Positions 49,601 to 60,130 of a stretch of 64,000 bases of DNA are shown here, piece by piece. The notes under the pieces are model-generated. The model did no database searches, had not been told where the DNA came from, and saw only the letters and a list, made by a program, of their open reading frames with translations. Positions within the stretch are counted from its first letter, which is position 1, and each line of letters begins with the position of its first letter. Both the position numbers and the translations under genes were made by a program. The DNA comes from Phallusia mammillata (Eukaryota). The stretch spans positions 9,548,001-9,612,000 of the forward strand of contig OZ281499.1 of the NCBI GenBank assembly GCA_965637545.1. Direction: 5' to 3'.

Positions 49601-50401
49601 TTTTGGTGAACTAGTAGTACTTACAGATTGCATGTTGTACGTCTGAATTGTATCCGCGCGTTGCGCTTGCGGGTGATTAGCTGCACTGCAACATCGAGCG
49701 AAGTGGTTTCTTCCACCACACTTCAAGCATCGCCTTCCCCAGGCAGGACACGCTCTGACGTCATGTCGCAAGGCACAGAATCTGCAAACTCGAGGCGCTG
49801 GTAATTGATTACCACGTGGTTCGCGTTGAACAGCATCCAAGCTAAAACTTTTAGAATTTGTTGATCGAAACATTGTCATTTGCGATCTTACTGTTTCGTT
49901 TGTTATGCACATTTTAATAGCTTTTTCAAGCGTTAGTTCCTCTTCCCGCAACAAACTTTGACGAAGTTGAACACACTTGATACCAATAATAATTTTGTCT
50001 CGGATTAATGAGTCGCAAAGTTCACCGAAATCACAGCTTTTAGACAGTTTTTTTAAATCGGTTATAAAAACATCTATTCTTTCACCATCATTTTGATTTC
50101 TAGAAAAAAACCTGTATCGCTCGCTGGTGATATTCTTCCTCGGACAACAGTAGCTTTCGAAGGCATTGACCACAGTTTCAAAGTGCATTTCTTGTCCTTC
50201 TTCAAATTTAAATGTTGAGTGGATGGTTTGACCTTGCTCTCCCAACACGTGGAGCAACATAGATGTTTTAACTTTTGCAGCCTTTCCGTCATAACCAACA
50301 GCTGTCAAATAAAGCCTAAATCCCCTGATAAACTTAACCCAGTTTTGTGACACATTGCCACTCCATTGCATAGCTTCAGGCAGTGAGAACGAACCTTCCA
50401 T
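46691..50401 (-). CDS. Gag-Pol polyprotein, 1236 aa: gag with two CCHC knuckles, protease, RT, RNase H, integrase
   Basis: ATG at 50401 just after the PBS. Motifs CRFCALRHDVRAC, CLKCGGRNHFARC, IDTGA, LDALSGFWQ, SMDD, DAS..G, ETDHKPL, HEGH..C..C, TDLF, SDNGPQF, NGLAER. Confidence 0.95.
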   Translation of the reverse strand: MEGSFSLPEAMQWSGNVSQNWVKFIRGFRLYLTAVGYDGKAAKVKTSMLLHVLGEQGQTIHSTFKFEEGQEMHFETVVNAFESYCCPRKNITSERYRFFSRNQNDGERIDVFITDLKKLSKSCDFGELCDSLIRDKIIIGIKCVQLRQSLLREEELTLEKAIKMCITNETVRSQMTMFRSTNSKSFSLDAVQREPRGNQLPAPRVCRFCALRHDVRACPAWGRRCLKCGGRNHFARCCSAANHPQAQRADTIQTYNMQSVSTTSSPKDWLVEIFVLSCTLRFKIDTGAQVNILSRNDFQKLQGRPYVSITNIRLISYTGHHIPVCGTISLTLQYREQSFTLPFVVVEINALPIIGLNGAVTLGLINKLEPIVSDEQNLLSSFSDLFQGLGCVPGCHRIKTDNKVCPVVRPSRKIPFALKNKLQQELQRMESMQVIKRIEEPTKWVNSLVIVEKKNGKLRVCLDPRDLNKAILREHFCLPTREEIISQFSNAKVFSKLDALSGFWQVKLDEDSSKLCTFNTPFGRYRFLRMPFGICSAPEVFHKLVYMMFEHMNGVVTSMDDIVVWGSTKQEHDMRLKNVLTVLQRNNLKLNKEKCVFGVDKITFLGEVVSASGVQPDPNKVHAIEQLKRPQSKVDLLKFLGMVTYLGRFISDLSTKTSSLRLLLHKRSNWEWTEAHEMEWRNLKRLVRTAPVLRFFDPKKSIKISADASKHGLGAVILQQHDNMWQPVAYAARALTTAETRYAQIEKELLAITFACERFYQYVYGQKFVVETDHKPLIALFLKELNNCPLRIQRLMIRLQRFHFTAEFTPGKFMHTADLLSRCVENSVSVQSLSCHSVCEYVDLIVSAIACMPLVKQKLQSKTICDEQLQIVMRLVNNGWPLHKRACPALAKPFWDVKNELSVVDGILFRGSRIVVPISMRSYFLERVHEGHLGEVKCKGRARESIYWPDLSNDISGLVSSCAICAKFRSQQQRQPLEPHQAPSYPFQKVATDLFYWNRKMFLVTVDYYSGYPEVTPLTTTSAASVISGLKTIFSRFGIPETVISDNGPQFSSEEFAKLAEEWGFDHLTSSPHYPRSNGLAERSVQTTKQLLKKAHASVQDFNKSLLIFRSAPLLCGKSPAQLLMGRQIRHTMPLDIETLKSSTCRPFGKERKQQKKYYDRGTRNMLQLQVNTPVKLYNTQNKLWDQQGTIEKQLSHRSYLVKTSDGVLYRRNRVHLRPLNVIVNPYPSRLQLSSI

Positions 50402-50410
50402 TTTATAAAA

Positions 50411-50425
50411 CCACTTCTGACACCA
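50411..50425 (-). other. Primer-binding site TGGTGTCAGAAGTGG
   Basis: Immediately inside the 5' LTR; complementary to a tRNA-Leu 3' end (CCACTTCTGACACCA), as I recall for Mag-clade elements. Confidence 0.85.
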
Positions 50426-50556
50426 TGTCATGAACGCACACACCTTTAAGCGGTTACCTGTATTGACTGCCACGTTTAAGACGCGGTACACGGTTATATA
50501 CGAAACGTGACGTCATAACTCAGGGACGACATCTAGCGGTAAATACATACATCACA
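50426..50556 (-). repeat. 5' LTR (131 bp)
   Basis: TG..CA termini, TATATAA box on minus, TSD GCTAT at 50557-50561. Confidence 0.95.
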
Positions 50557-50994
50557 GCTATTAAAGTGCACAGTTTGCAAAAACAGCTGTGAGGTTTCGA
50601 TTTTTTTTATGGTGTTTTTTCCTTTCTGATTATCAACAATACTCATTTCGTACGTTGCTCTACTCCATACAACAGTTGTGTGATTGAGAAAATTGTGAGA
50701 CAGTACTATAATGAGTAACTATTTGTATAAACAACTTAAACAGTATAAAGGGGATCATGAAGACTTATTTAATTCCTAGTTATATTCAAAAATGGCAAAG
50801 AAAGTTTTATTTTATCAACCAGCAATGACCAATCTTTACATTACTCGGAAAACACTAGAGCGATCATGAAGACAATGTTATGCAAAATGTGGTTTATTAT
50901 TCTTGTTGTTTGTAATGTGTCTCGAATACTAAAAACAAGAAACTGCATTTATGTTGGAAAATAGAAATCAATTAACATTTTGATGTTGTAAAAG

Positions 50995-51214
50995 TGTTTC
51001 TAGTTTTGCTGTTACAGCTATCACTGGATTTTCAGTGTCTGATTTGGAAGGAGGAAATCTGGGTACAAATTTCAATCTTAAAATTGTTGGTGGCCTGTTT
51101 TCGGGTTTTATCTATCTCGGCAAAGCTTGCATTGAAAACCCAAAGGCGGAAAGTCATTCTGCTAAACAAAGTCCTGAAACTGGTCAAACGATCAATATTC
51201 TGACTGAAGTGTAG
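50995..51214 (+). pseudogene. Orphan terminal exon of the claudin/PMP22-like 4-TM family (TM3-loop-TM4)
   Basis: VSSFAVTAITGFSVSDLEGGNLGTNFNLKIVGGLFSGFIY aligns to exon 4 of 52164-53980. The homologous acceptor reads GTAAAAG rather than GTAG, and I found no upstream exon homologs. Confidence 0.6.
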
Positions 51215-52163
51215 CTGTCTGTAAAAATTAATATTGTTGACTTTCACGAACGAAATTTGAGTATACTAAAGATATTGTGTAAACCATTACTGTGATTATT
51301 TTTTGAACTTGACTAAAAACAAAAATAATACAACAAGCTTAGAGGGAGTTTATTTTTTTGGTTTGTCTTTCTCGTTAATTGTAGCTCAGACTTTTATCGG
51401 AGACATTTCTGTGTGTACAGTCTTAATTTTTACTGGTGTCAAAAGTACAGTGGAGAAATCAATTTCTTTGAGCAGTTCCTGTAAGAAAGTATATGTTAAA
51501 AGTGTAGCGGTATTGCTTAAATTCAGTTAAATTATAAAGTTTTTCATTTAGAGAGGTTTTAACCACTATGTGAAAAACTGTTTTAATTATAAACCGTTTG
51601 TTAACCGAGCTAAGATTGACTTTTAAATGGATGTACAAAAACAATAGCATTTTTCTTGGCTATAAACGTAAATTTTATGAGGAGTCACCATCACCGTAAA
51701 TCGTATCCAATGTTGACATACTAAACGTAAAATAAAGATTCAGTGATTTTACGACCCCCTTTACTACTATAAAACTCGTTAAGGTGTTTCTTGCGGAGAC
51801 CTTGCCTTTTGTCATCAAATTACCTTCACTAGCAGTTCCGGTTGTAATGGTTACAAATTTGCGTTTAAGTTGATTTTGGTAGGAATTGTTATTTGATCAT
51901 TTGCGTGGGCATCAAATGTGGAACAACAGAGAAGCATAGACAGTTTGGATCGAGACTAACAAAACAGTCTTGATCTTCCTTTTCAGTTTTTGCAGTTTTA
52001 TCGTTTTATGCAGAAATGTTGATTTTTTTCCTTTGGAGAAACTGTTATTTTGTACGTTTCAGAGACAAATTATTATTTTAAGCGAGTGTAACAAAGCTTT
52101 TTTGTCAAAACTTAGATAAAAAAATCTAAGATCGTTTGTAGCTTCAATAATTTAGTTGAGGAT

Positions 52164-53980
52164 ATGGATCAACAAACTCAGAAAGATAAAATCCCCCAAA
52201 CAATAATGAAAAAATATGAAAAATTTGTGAAAATTATGCTGGTAGTGTCCGCCGCGGTTCAAGTTACCCTGTGCTTCATAGCCCTTATACTTCCGGAATT
52301 GATTGTTGGTGAAATGTCCAAGTAATGTTTGCTGTGTGGTAACGGAATATTTACTTTTGTACAAGCTTTATAACAAGTACTTATGAGAGCATGTAATGAA
52401 AAAAATGCTTGTCTTGACTTGAAAACATAAATGTAGTTAATGGGCATAGGTTTTGTCCAAAACCATTTACAATTTTGTGTTCTTTGGGGAGTTTTTGTCC
52501 AATATCAAAAAAGTAAACACCACACGAGAGAGAATAAAAAGGTTGTTGACTTAGGGAAGATGCGTTGGATTTCATGGAAAGTTTACACGAAAACGGAGAT
52601 GACATCACTCAATCATCTGTAGTTAAAGCTAAAATCGGATACTTTGAAAGCTTGATTAACAATACGAAAAATGACTCGAACAGAGAAGGTTAATTTACTT
52701 GTTTTATAAAACATCGCAATACGCTGTTATGGTTGATTTTGACTGACATTTATTTTCATGTAATGATTATAACATGATAATTATCACTCGAGTTACACCA
52801 AAAAATAAAATAAGTTAGTACTTGCATTTTAACTGAAACTCGCTGTGTCAACAACCTAACATTGTGGTGTGAAAATATGTCTTCTGAAGAGCTTTCGAGA
52901 TGAAAGTAAAAATGTATTTTTCTGTATTCCGTAACGCTACCTAAAACAAATTGTATATTGCAGGCATGGTCAGTATTTTTGCCTTCTCACTCTTATCGAC
53001 TGTTTCGTCTCTTTTCACATTGCTCTACGCAGTTCAAGTACTATGTCACTGCTGCACTTCCCAGTGTAGCCAGGAGGTGTCTGATTGCTGTAACAGCATT
53101 AGCGATTTCTGTCGAAAAATGGCCAAATCAAACTTTTCCTCGGGTACTTTGTTTGTTTTCCGTTTGCAGCTTTTGTTGCTTACTAAGTACAATTTCAAAC
53201 ATATCATAAGTTTTATCTAAATCAAACTGGGTAAATAGCTTTGCTTGCCACACTAAACTACAGGGATTAAATGTCCAACCTGCTAACCACATGGTCAAAC
53301 TTTCCCTCCCAAAACTTGTATGGTATTAATTTCCAACTTTTAATCCTTTACTGTGCCGAACTAATTCAAACAATTCTAACAAAATTTTCAGTGTATTCTT
53401 GTTTAACAGACCATTTTGGTACTCAGGAATCAGAAAATAAAACCTTTTTTTCTTACATGTAGGAGTTTCCAGCGTGGCTGTAGCCGGTATGACTAGTTTC
53501 GCTATTTCTGATCTGGAAGGCGGAAGATTTGGCACAAACTTCTATTTGCAAATTACTGCGGGTGCATTTTCTTGCCTCATCCAAGGTTTGAAAATCCTTG
53601 TTAAAAAAGCAGACAAAACTGGAAATAATCTTGAGAAGGGAAATCAGACGAGTTCTCATGGATCTCCCTCAAGTACTCCAAAGTCTTTCTCAGGCACTCC
53701 AGGAACACACGATGATGCCCACATTAATGACAATCCAAGTCCTGAGAACCATAACAGAGATAGCTTATTGGTTCATGGCACTCGAGTGGAGTACAGCCGT
53801 GGCTCCATGAACCCGTCGTTCTCAGGTGATTCTACAAAGAAATTAAAGAAATCAAGATCTGGTTCCGTTTCAAACTCTAGCAAGGATTCAATTGAGCCAA
53901 AAGATAACGAAACACAAGCGGATGTAAAGGTTCAGCGAAACCATCATGAGGAAGACTTTGAAACCGGTTCAAATGCATAG
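52164..53980 (+). CDS. Claudin/PMP22-superfamily-like tetraspan membrane protein, 329 aa, Cys-rich inner loop, long Ser-rich tail
   Basis: Exons 52164-52321, 52555-52688, 52964-53143 and 53463-53980 join in phase. Four hydrophobic segments, IGYF in loop 1, CHCCTSQC..DCC..FC after TM2, FGTNFYL before TM4. Superfamily call rests on topology only. Confidence 0.8.
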
Positions 53981-54604
53981 TTTTTCAAATCGCAATTTGT
54001 TTGGACGAAAATTGTTGTATCGTCAAAACACAAATACGTGTTAACCATAATTTGTTTTAATTAAGATGACCGGCCGTTACAGTTTTTTTTTAATGATGTT
54101 TAAAGTAATTACATTTAAACCGTGTGTTTTCTTGTGATTTTTATATTTTTAACATAGACGAATATTGTTCTATCTGACCTTACTTTTGGATTGGCAATCA
54201 TAAGCCTGGCTTTAAACGTGCTATAGGTGGGGGAAAGTTGGTTTCCCAAAGCGGTAATAATTGGATAAATTTATATTTTGTTAAACATTTAGGGGCACAA
54301 TACGGCTGTGCAAAAATATTTTCAGCAACTTGGATGCCACGAAACACTAGAGTCTAGACAATTAAAACTAACCTCTAGAAATTAATAAAATACGGTACCG
54401 TCAAAATTAGTAATTGTAAAATATTAGTATTCTTTTGTGGGGTAAAGCAAATGTTGTGTGTTCTCAAATGCTGTGAGTGAAAAAAGGTTAGTTAAATCCG
54501 CCAAAAGTTAAATCACAAGCACCGTTGGGTCAATCTGGCAATCCATAGGGGATTCTGACATGTGCCGCATATGAGACAGGCAAGGGTGCTTGTGACTCAA
54601 CTTT

Positions 54605-54850
54605 CGGTGGATTCTCAAGGAAGCTTAGTTGGTAGAGCGCGAGTCTCGGAAAGACTCTTTGGTTCGAATCCCACCGCATGTTAGATTTTTCTAGCCTACG
54701 CCCTGCCGTATGGTGGTGAATGCTTGCTGACCAGGTGATTCGCTATGGTGGCTGTAAGCAGGCTTACTGTGATTTACATATGAGTGTGCCGTGATCGCTG
54801 GTCTGCATAGACGCTTCAGGGCTGATCCCAGTTATGAATTTATGTGTTAC
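54605..54850 (+). mobile_element. tRNA-derived SINE-like element
   Basis: Pol III A box AGCTTAGTTGGTAGAGC (54622-54638) and B box GGTTCGAATCC (54661-54671); cloverleaf incomplete; followed by a GC-richer body; ends approximate. Confidence 0.65.
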
Positions 54851-55513
54851 TTAAGTTATAGTGTTCTTAATGGTTTTAAATGTACAGTGTCGAAATAAAT
54901 TTCTTTGAGAAGCTTCTGTAAAAAGTGAATGTTTTCCATTTAAAGATGTTTTGAATATTATTTGAAAAAAGCTTTATTATTATAGTCCGTTTGTAAACCG
55001 ACCTGAGCTAGACTTTTAAATGGAGGAAATAAAAAAATCGCATTTTTCTCGCCCATAAAAGAAATTTTAATGAGGATTCACCATCACTATAAATCGTATC
55101 CCATGTTGACATACTAAACATAAAACAAAAGTACGGTGTTTTTACGACCCTCTTTACTGCCAAAAAACTCGTTAAGTTGTATCTTGCAGTTGAACACACT
55201 GTCAGTAAATAAACTTAGGCGCTCGTTGAAATTTATAGCATCTTGACGATACTTTTAACGGATTTATTAGGTCTTGCCTTTTTGTTCCTAAGTTAAATTC
55301 AGCGGCAGTCTTATTTGTAAAGGTTACAAAACTTTGTTGTGATAGAAACTTTTGTTTGAGAATTTGCATGAGTTGATGTAGAATAATTAAAAACTTTTAA
55401 AGTGGTGATGTTAATTTTTTTAAGGAAACTGTTTTTCTACATTTTAGAGATAAAACATTGTTTCAAACGAGCGTACCAAAGTTTTTTCTGTCAAAACTCC
55501 TGAAAATATTTAA

Positions 55514-58156
55514 ATGTCCGTTATGGCCGATTCAGCTGAGGGTAGGGATTTTGAAAACCAGAAAGATATAACAACAGAAAAAGGAGATGAAAAACCTGCA
55601 ACAATGGTAAAAATTGTGCTGGTAGCGTTCGCCGCGGTTCAAGTTACCCTGTGCTTTATAGCACTTATACTTCCGGATTTGGTCGTGGGAAAGTTGTCCA
55701 AGTGATGTTTGCTGTGTGATAAAGCATTATTTCATTTTCATTCAAGCTCTGAATTTTAAGTAGCCTACATATCGAAGCACGTAACTATTAAAGTACTTGT
55801 CTTGACATTTTTTTAATTTGTGATTTCTGACAAAAAATTTGTTCAGTCTAATACAAAGATAAATAGCATACAGTCTGAGAGAAAACAAAAACAAATTTGT
55901 TGTTATTTTAGGGAAGATGCATTGGATTTCATGGAGAGTTTGCATGATGACGAAGATTTTATCACACAATCATCTTTGGTTGAAGCTAAGATCGGATACT
56001 TTGTAAGCTTTATTAACAACACAAAAGATGGCTCTAGCAGAGAAGGTCAGTAAAAACCAAACTGCTGCGTAAATGTCTGTGCTTGTCTGAAAAACCCTAC
56101 ATACGTTGTAGGTTAAAAAAAACACGTTATTACCGATTGGAACCATAAATTTCTACACTTCAACGCTTACTGTTGTATTAGTAAACGTATACAAAAGTAG
56201 TGTTGTTTTGATCTAAGTTATTACTCGTAATATATTACAACAAAAACGTTTCCTACTTTGCGTTTAATTTGATCTTGCTGGGCGAACAACCTTGACTTAC
56301 GACTATGCATCTTAACTCGAGCATAGATACTTTAGCACTGGTGAAAATTGATTTCTTTTCGTGGGAAAAAGTACAATTGTTAAAAAAAGTGTTTCGCTCT
56401 TTTCTTAGTAGTTACCATTGGCAACTGTATTGCAGGAATGGTCAGTATTTTTGCCTTCTCACTGTTATCGACGGTTTCTTCTCTGCTCACGTTGTTGTAC
56501 GCAGTTCAAGTAATGTGTCACTGCTGTACCTCCAAACCCTGCCAACAAGGGTCGGAATATTGCGACCGTATGAGCACTTTCTGTCGAAAAATGGCCAAGA
56601 CAAACTTTTCCTCTGGTAATTTGTCTGCTTTTCCGATTGATGTTTTCCCTTTTTTTTACCAAGGCAAGCACTATTTTGCACATCTCTGAAGGATAATATA
56701 AACCCGTAAACCAGGTAAACGGCTGTCGGCCTGCTGTTAGCCGTCAAGTGATGATGTTCATATGAACCTTTTAATTTGTTAACATCGCTCACAACTTTCC
56801 GTCAAAAAACTTAGCAATACGATATAATGCGCCACATACGTTTTTTAAAGATTTCTGTTGACATTCGAGTAACCATTTTCCAAATTTCATTAGTTTTAAT
56901 TGTAAAAAGATTTAGTCGTACCATACTCTACCACTACTAGTCAAATATGACGAAGGGATCGGAAGATAAAACAAGTGTATCTTTCCTGTAGGAGTTTCCA
57001 GCGTGGCAGTAACAGGGATGACTAATTTCTCTCTTCCTGATCTCGAAGGCGGAAGATTCGGGACAAACTTCTATTCCAAATTGCTGCGAGAGCATTTTCT
57101 GATCTCATCCAATATTTAAAAACCCATGTTAAAAAACCAAACAAAAACAATACAGACACAGAAAATGCTAACATTCCACTAACTGGAAATAAAAATGAGA
57201 AGGGAACGCAGTGCAGCGTTCATAATAGGCTGAAGGATATTTTAAACGGCCCAGATGTTTCAAATACTTCAGAGGCTTCCCCAAGCAGAGACGTAACAAA
57301 CCGTTTTAACACTATATTAATTGGAAATAACCATCAGGCAGGAAACCACTTTAGCAGTTATGCACAAGAGACGCCTGACGATATTTCGAACGGACCATGG
57401 TGTGTCAAATACTTCAGAGTCTTCCACGAGCACAACAGGAGCTATCAATAATGCCTACGATACGAGTCCTGGGGACCATATAGCCGATCATAATACAGGT
57501 AACTTATACCCTAATGGCAGTCAAGAGGAGCGTGGATATCAAAACTCTACGTTTTCAGATGATTCTTTAGAGCAGGGGTCACCAAACTACGACCCGCGGG
57601 CCAGATCCGGCCCGCGACCACATCTTTGGTTTGCCAAATTGTATTAATAACTTTGTAACATTAAAAGTTAATCTACTCCTTCCAAAAGTTTTCCTGTGGC
57701 GATATTCAGCATTGATATTACAGAGTTTCATAGGATTATAACGCCCAAGATTGATCCAAAGCCAGTTTGTTACGTCACAGACAAGACTACAAGTGTTAAT
57801 TATGCGCAAACAATTGCCTTCTTGTGGCGTAATATACAAGCATTGCTTGTAAAATGAGACTAATTATACAGTTTAACAGTCGCATGACCAGTTTTTGAAT
57901 GGGATTGTAGAAAGACCATATCTTAGCGCACCTAAGGACATGTAAACTAATCATTATTAGCACTCATCCGGCCCGCAGCGAAAAAAGTTTGGTGACCCCT
58001 GCTTTAGAGGAATCAAACAAATCAAGATCTGGCCTTTATCCAAACTTAACATAAGAAGACTCTGCAATCGATCAAGAGAATGTTTAACTCCAAGTACCTG
58101 CAGAGGTTTATCAAAGTCAACAGGAGTATGACCCTGAAGCCGTTTTAAATGCATAG
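55514..58156 (+). pseudogene. Disrupted paralog of the 4-TM gene
   Basis: Exons 55514-55701, 55912-56045 and 56436-56615 are intact. Exon 4 (from 56992) has a 1-bp deletion near 57075 (stop at 57117-57119), a +1 shift near 57398 and a MITE at 57573. Confidence 0.8.
57573..58001. mobile_element. hAT MITE inserted in the last exon of the 4-TM pseudogene
   Basis: TIR CAGGGGTCACCAAACT at both ends, ATCCGGCCCGC subterminal motifs, perfect TSD CTTTAGAG. Confidence 0.93.
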
Positions 58157-60029
58157 TTTTTCTAATTGCACTTTAAGGTTATTTGTCCGAAAATCGTATT
58201 ATTAAAAAAAAAAAAAAAACATTAACCATAATTGACAGTGGCTTATCGGACCAGGTCTTACAACTTTTTCTTGACGGCAATTGTTTACTAATCGGTCTGG
58301 TTATTTGACCTAATAATCCGCTTTAAAAGATTGGCGCTTCACGACGTAAAATAGCTTTGCGAGACAAGGTTGTGCAACCAAGAATTTGCATTTAAGTTTA
58401 ATACTAATAATTTGCGGCCCATAAAAATCAAACGGAGTTGAAATAGGGCTGTTTCCTATTTGTTAGCTAAACCTGGTTGATAAGGCTTCCAAACGGTGTC
58501 GTTATTATTAGTGCTTTGTTTTGAAATGTGGAATTATTGTACTTAGTGACATATATTTACAAACATATTCTTAAATTGCCACAGCTGTTTGATGTAATTA
58601 TATTCAAATTAAGTCTATGATTTTTGTTGTTTTTAGTTGTACTCAATACGCGTTGATTGTAGTAGGTGGTTTGACTTTATCTTCTTTTCATTTGCAAACA
58701 TGAACCTTTAAAAGGACAAGGTCGGAAACAGCTGATTGCAAAACGCAATACTACGGATAGATTACTAAAAACTTATGTCACAAACGGTTGGGCTAGTCCT
58801 TTTAAAAACTATTACTTTCATAAAACAAAACAAAAAACACGTTACGCTTGAATTAGCCTTTTAAAATGTCAAAGACAAATGTGCTTGCATAGTCACGTCA
58901 TCATTGTATTTCTATTGTTAAACAGCTACGTAAACAACAAGGACAACTACCGAAAAAAACATGGTTCATCAAATCAAATGTCCTAGTCTTTAAATTGTGC
59001 TTTAATTTCGTTCTCTGGGTATGTTCTGCCGTTGGATCGCAACCGTCTGCTCAAACCCGGCGGGATACGTTCGGTTGCATATGTCGGTGATTGAGCCTGC
59101 GGGTTCTGCTGCATGGTTAAATGAAACCCTCTCAAACGGATACACCCACGCGGTTCCTCGGAACGTTTCCTGTGGTGCCATAGGCAGACTCGGGTGTTCT
59201 CGTAGGCAGACCAATATTCTGATATAGTTTAAAGCAAATGTTATTTGTTATGAAATGTTTGAGATGAAAAAAGCCCAACGCAGACAATCACGTCTTTGTG
59301 ATTGTTTTGTTGTTGGTCAAACCGCCAAATATCCAAAAAATATTTGTGTAGTGTTTTGTGCATATTTGATGTATATTATGTGTGCCATTTTTAATACCCG
59401 AACATCGAATCACCCTAGATTGCGTATTGCTCAAGAAATGTCGAGGGGAATTTGTAGGGATTGCGATAATTATTTGTGCAAATAATGCAACAGTTATTAA
59501 CCAATTTTCCTTGTTTTAAAGTGTTAGATTAAAGGTAGCGAATGGGATAAAAATTGTAATTCATATGTGCTGTCAAATCCTGCTATGAACTTTCCAATAT
59601 TATATTTTACAGTTAGTTAGGTTTGTGTGAAAGCCAATTGCAAGAGCACATATGTGCAGTTTATCTCCTTTAAACCGCACTTATTGCTTTGTTAGTCATT
59701 CTATAATTGTTTTACAAAAATATTCAACCAACGAACTGAAGTGCATGACGGTGTTGAGGATTAGAGTTTCGGACCTAAAAGCTTAAGAGTTTAAAAGGTT
59801 ATCAAGACTGTGGTTTAAATGGTGCTGACATTATATGCCTACAAGAGTTTTGTGTGAGGGTTAACAGACAACCAAAGCGTTGCTCCGCATCGGCAAAAAA
59901 TTTACATTCTTCAATTATACAGCAAACGGTAAGTTACAACTATGTTGAGGTTAGAACCCAAGGCGCTCTCGAGGAAGAATATCGATAAAAGTTCCATTCT
60001 TTTTTCCTTTGTTTATCGCGCACTGTACT

Positions 60030-60130
60030 AGTCGCATTCAGTGTTATTTACTCTGATGAAGACGACCTGTATAGGACGTCGAAATGTCGGAATAAAATTA
60101 CATTTGCCAGAAGAGCTCCACACACTTGAT
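60030..60130 (+). repeat. Hammerhead-like repeat, family B copy 3
   Basis: CTGATGA (60053-60059), A, stem GACGACCT-gtat-AGGACGTC, GAAA (60081-60084); near-identical to 26471-26557. Confidence 0.6.

Larger units (their letters stand above)
46569..50556 (-). mobile_element. Full-length Ty3/gypsy LTR retrotransposon, Mag-like, 3988 bp
   Basis: TG..CA LTRs at 50426-50556 and 46569-46678, 5-bp TSD GCTAT, tRNA-Leu-type PBS, PPT, uninterrupted gag-pol ORF. Confidence 0.97.
51590..58300 (+). repeat. Tandem segmental duplication: about 51590-54200 and 54985-58300
   Basis: Upstream non-coding DNA, introns, exons and 3' flank are collinear (e.g. GACTTTTAAATGGA, AAATCGTATCC.ATGTTGACATACTAAAC, TTTTACGACCC). 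Confidence 0.85.

Noticed and set aside
50402-50491. ORF-track extension of gag-pol to 1266 aa
   Set aside because: The extra 30 codons run through the LTR and PBS; gag-like sequence starts at the ATG at 50401.
46478-50950. Minus-strand membrane-protein gene interrupted by the LTR element
   Set aside because: Joining the empty site gives a hydrophobic frame (FTVIQLSVGFGTLAYSGGLCLLMSLC) and a possible upstream exon, but the product is short and matches no family convincingly.
54605-54680. Functional tRNA gene
   Set aside because: A and B boxes are present, but the T-stem does not pair, the variable region is missing and there is no proper acceptor stem.
60035-60095. Complete type III hammerhead fold for family B
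   Set aside because: Stem I (AGTG/TACT) and stem III cannot both form around an NUH site without an extra base or mismatch; kept only as a hammerhead-like core.
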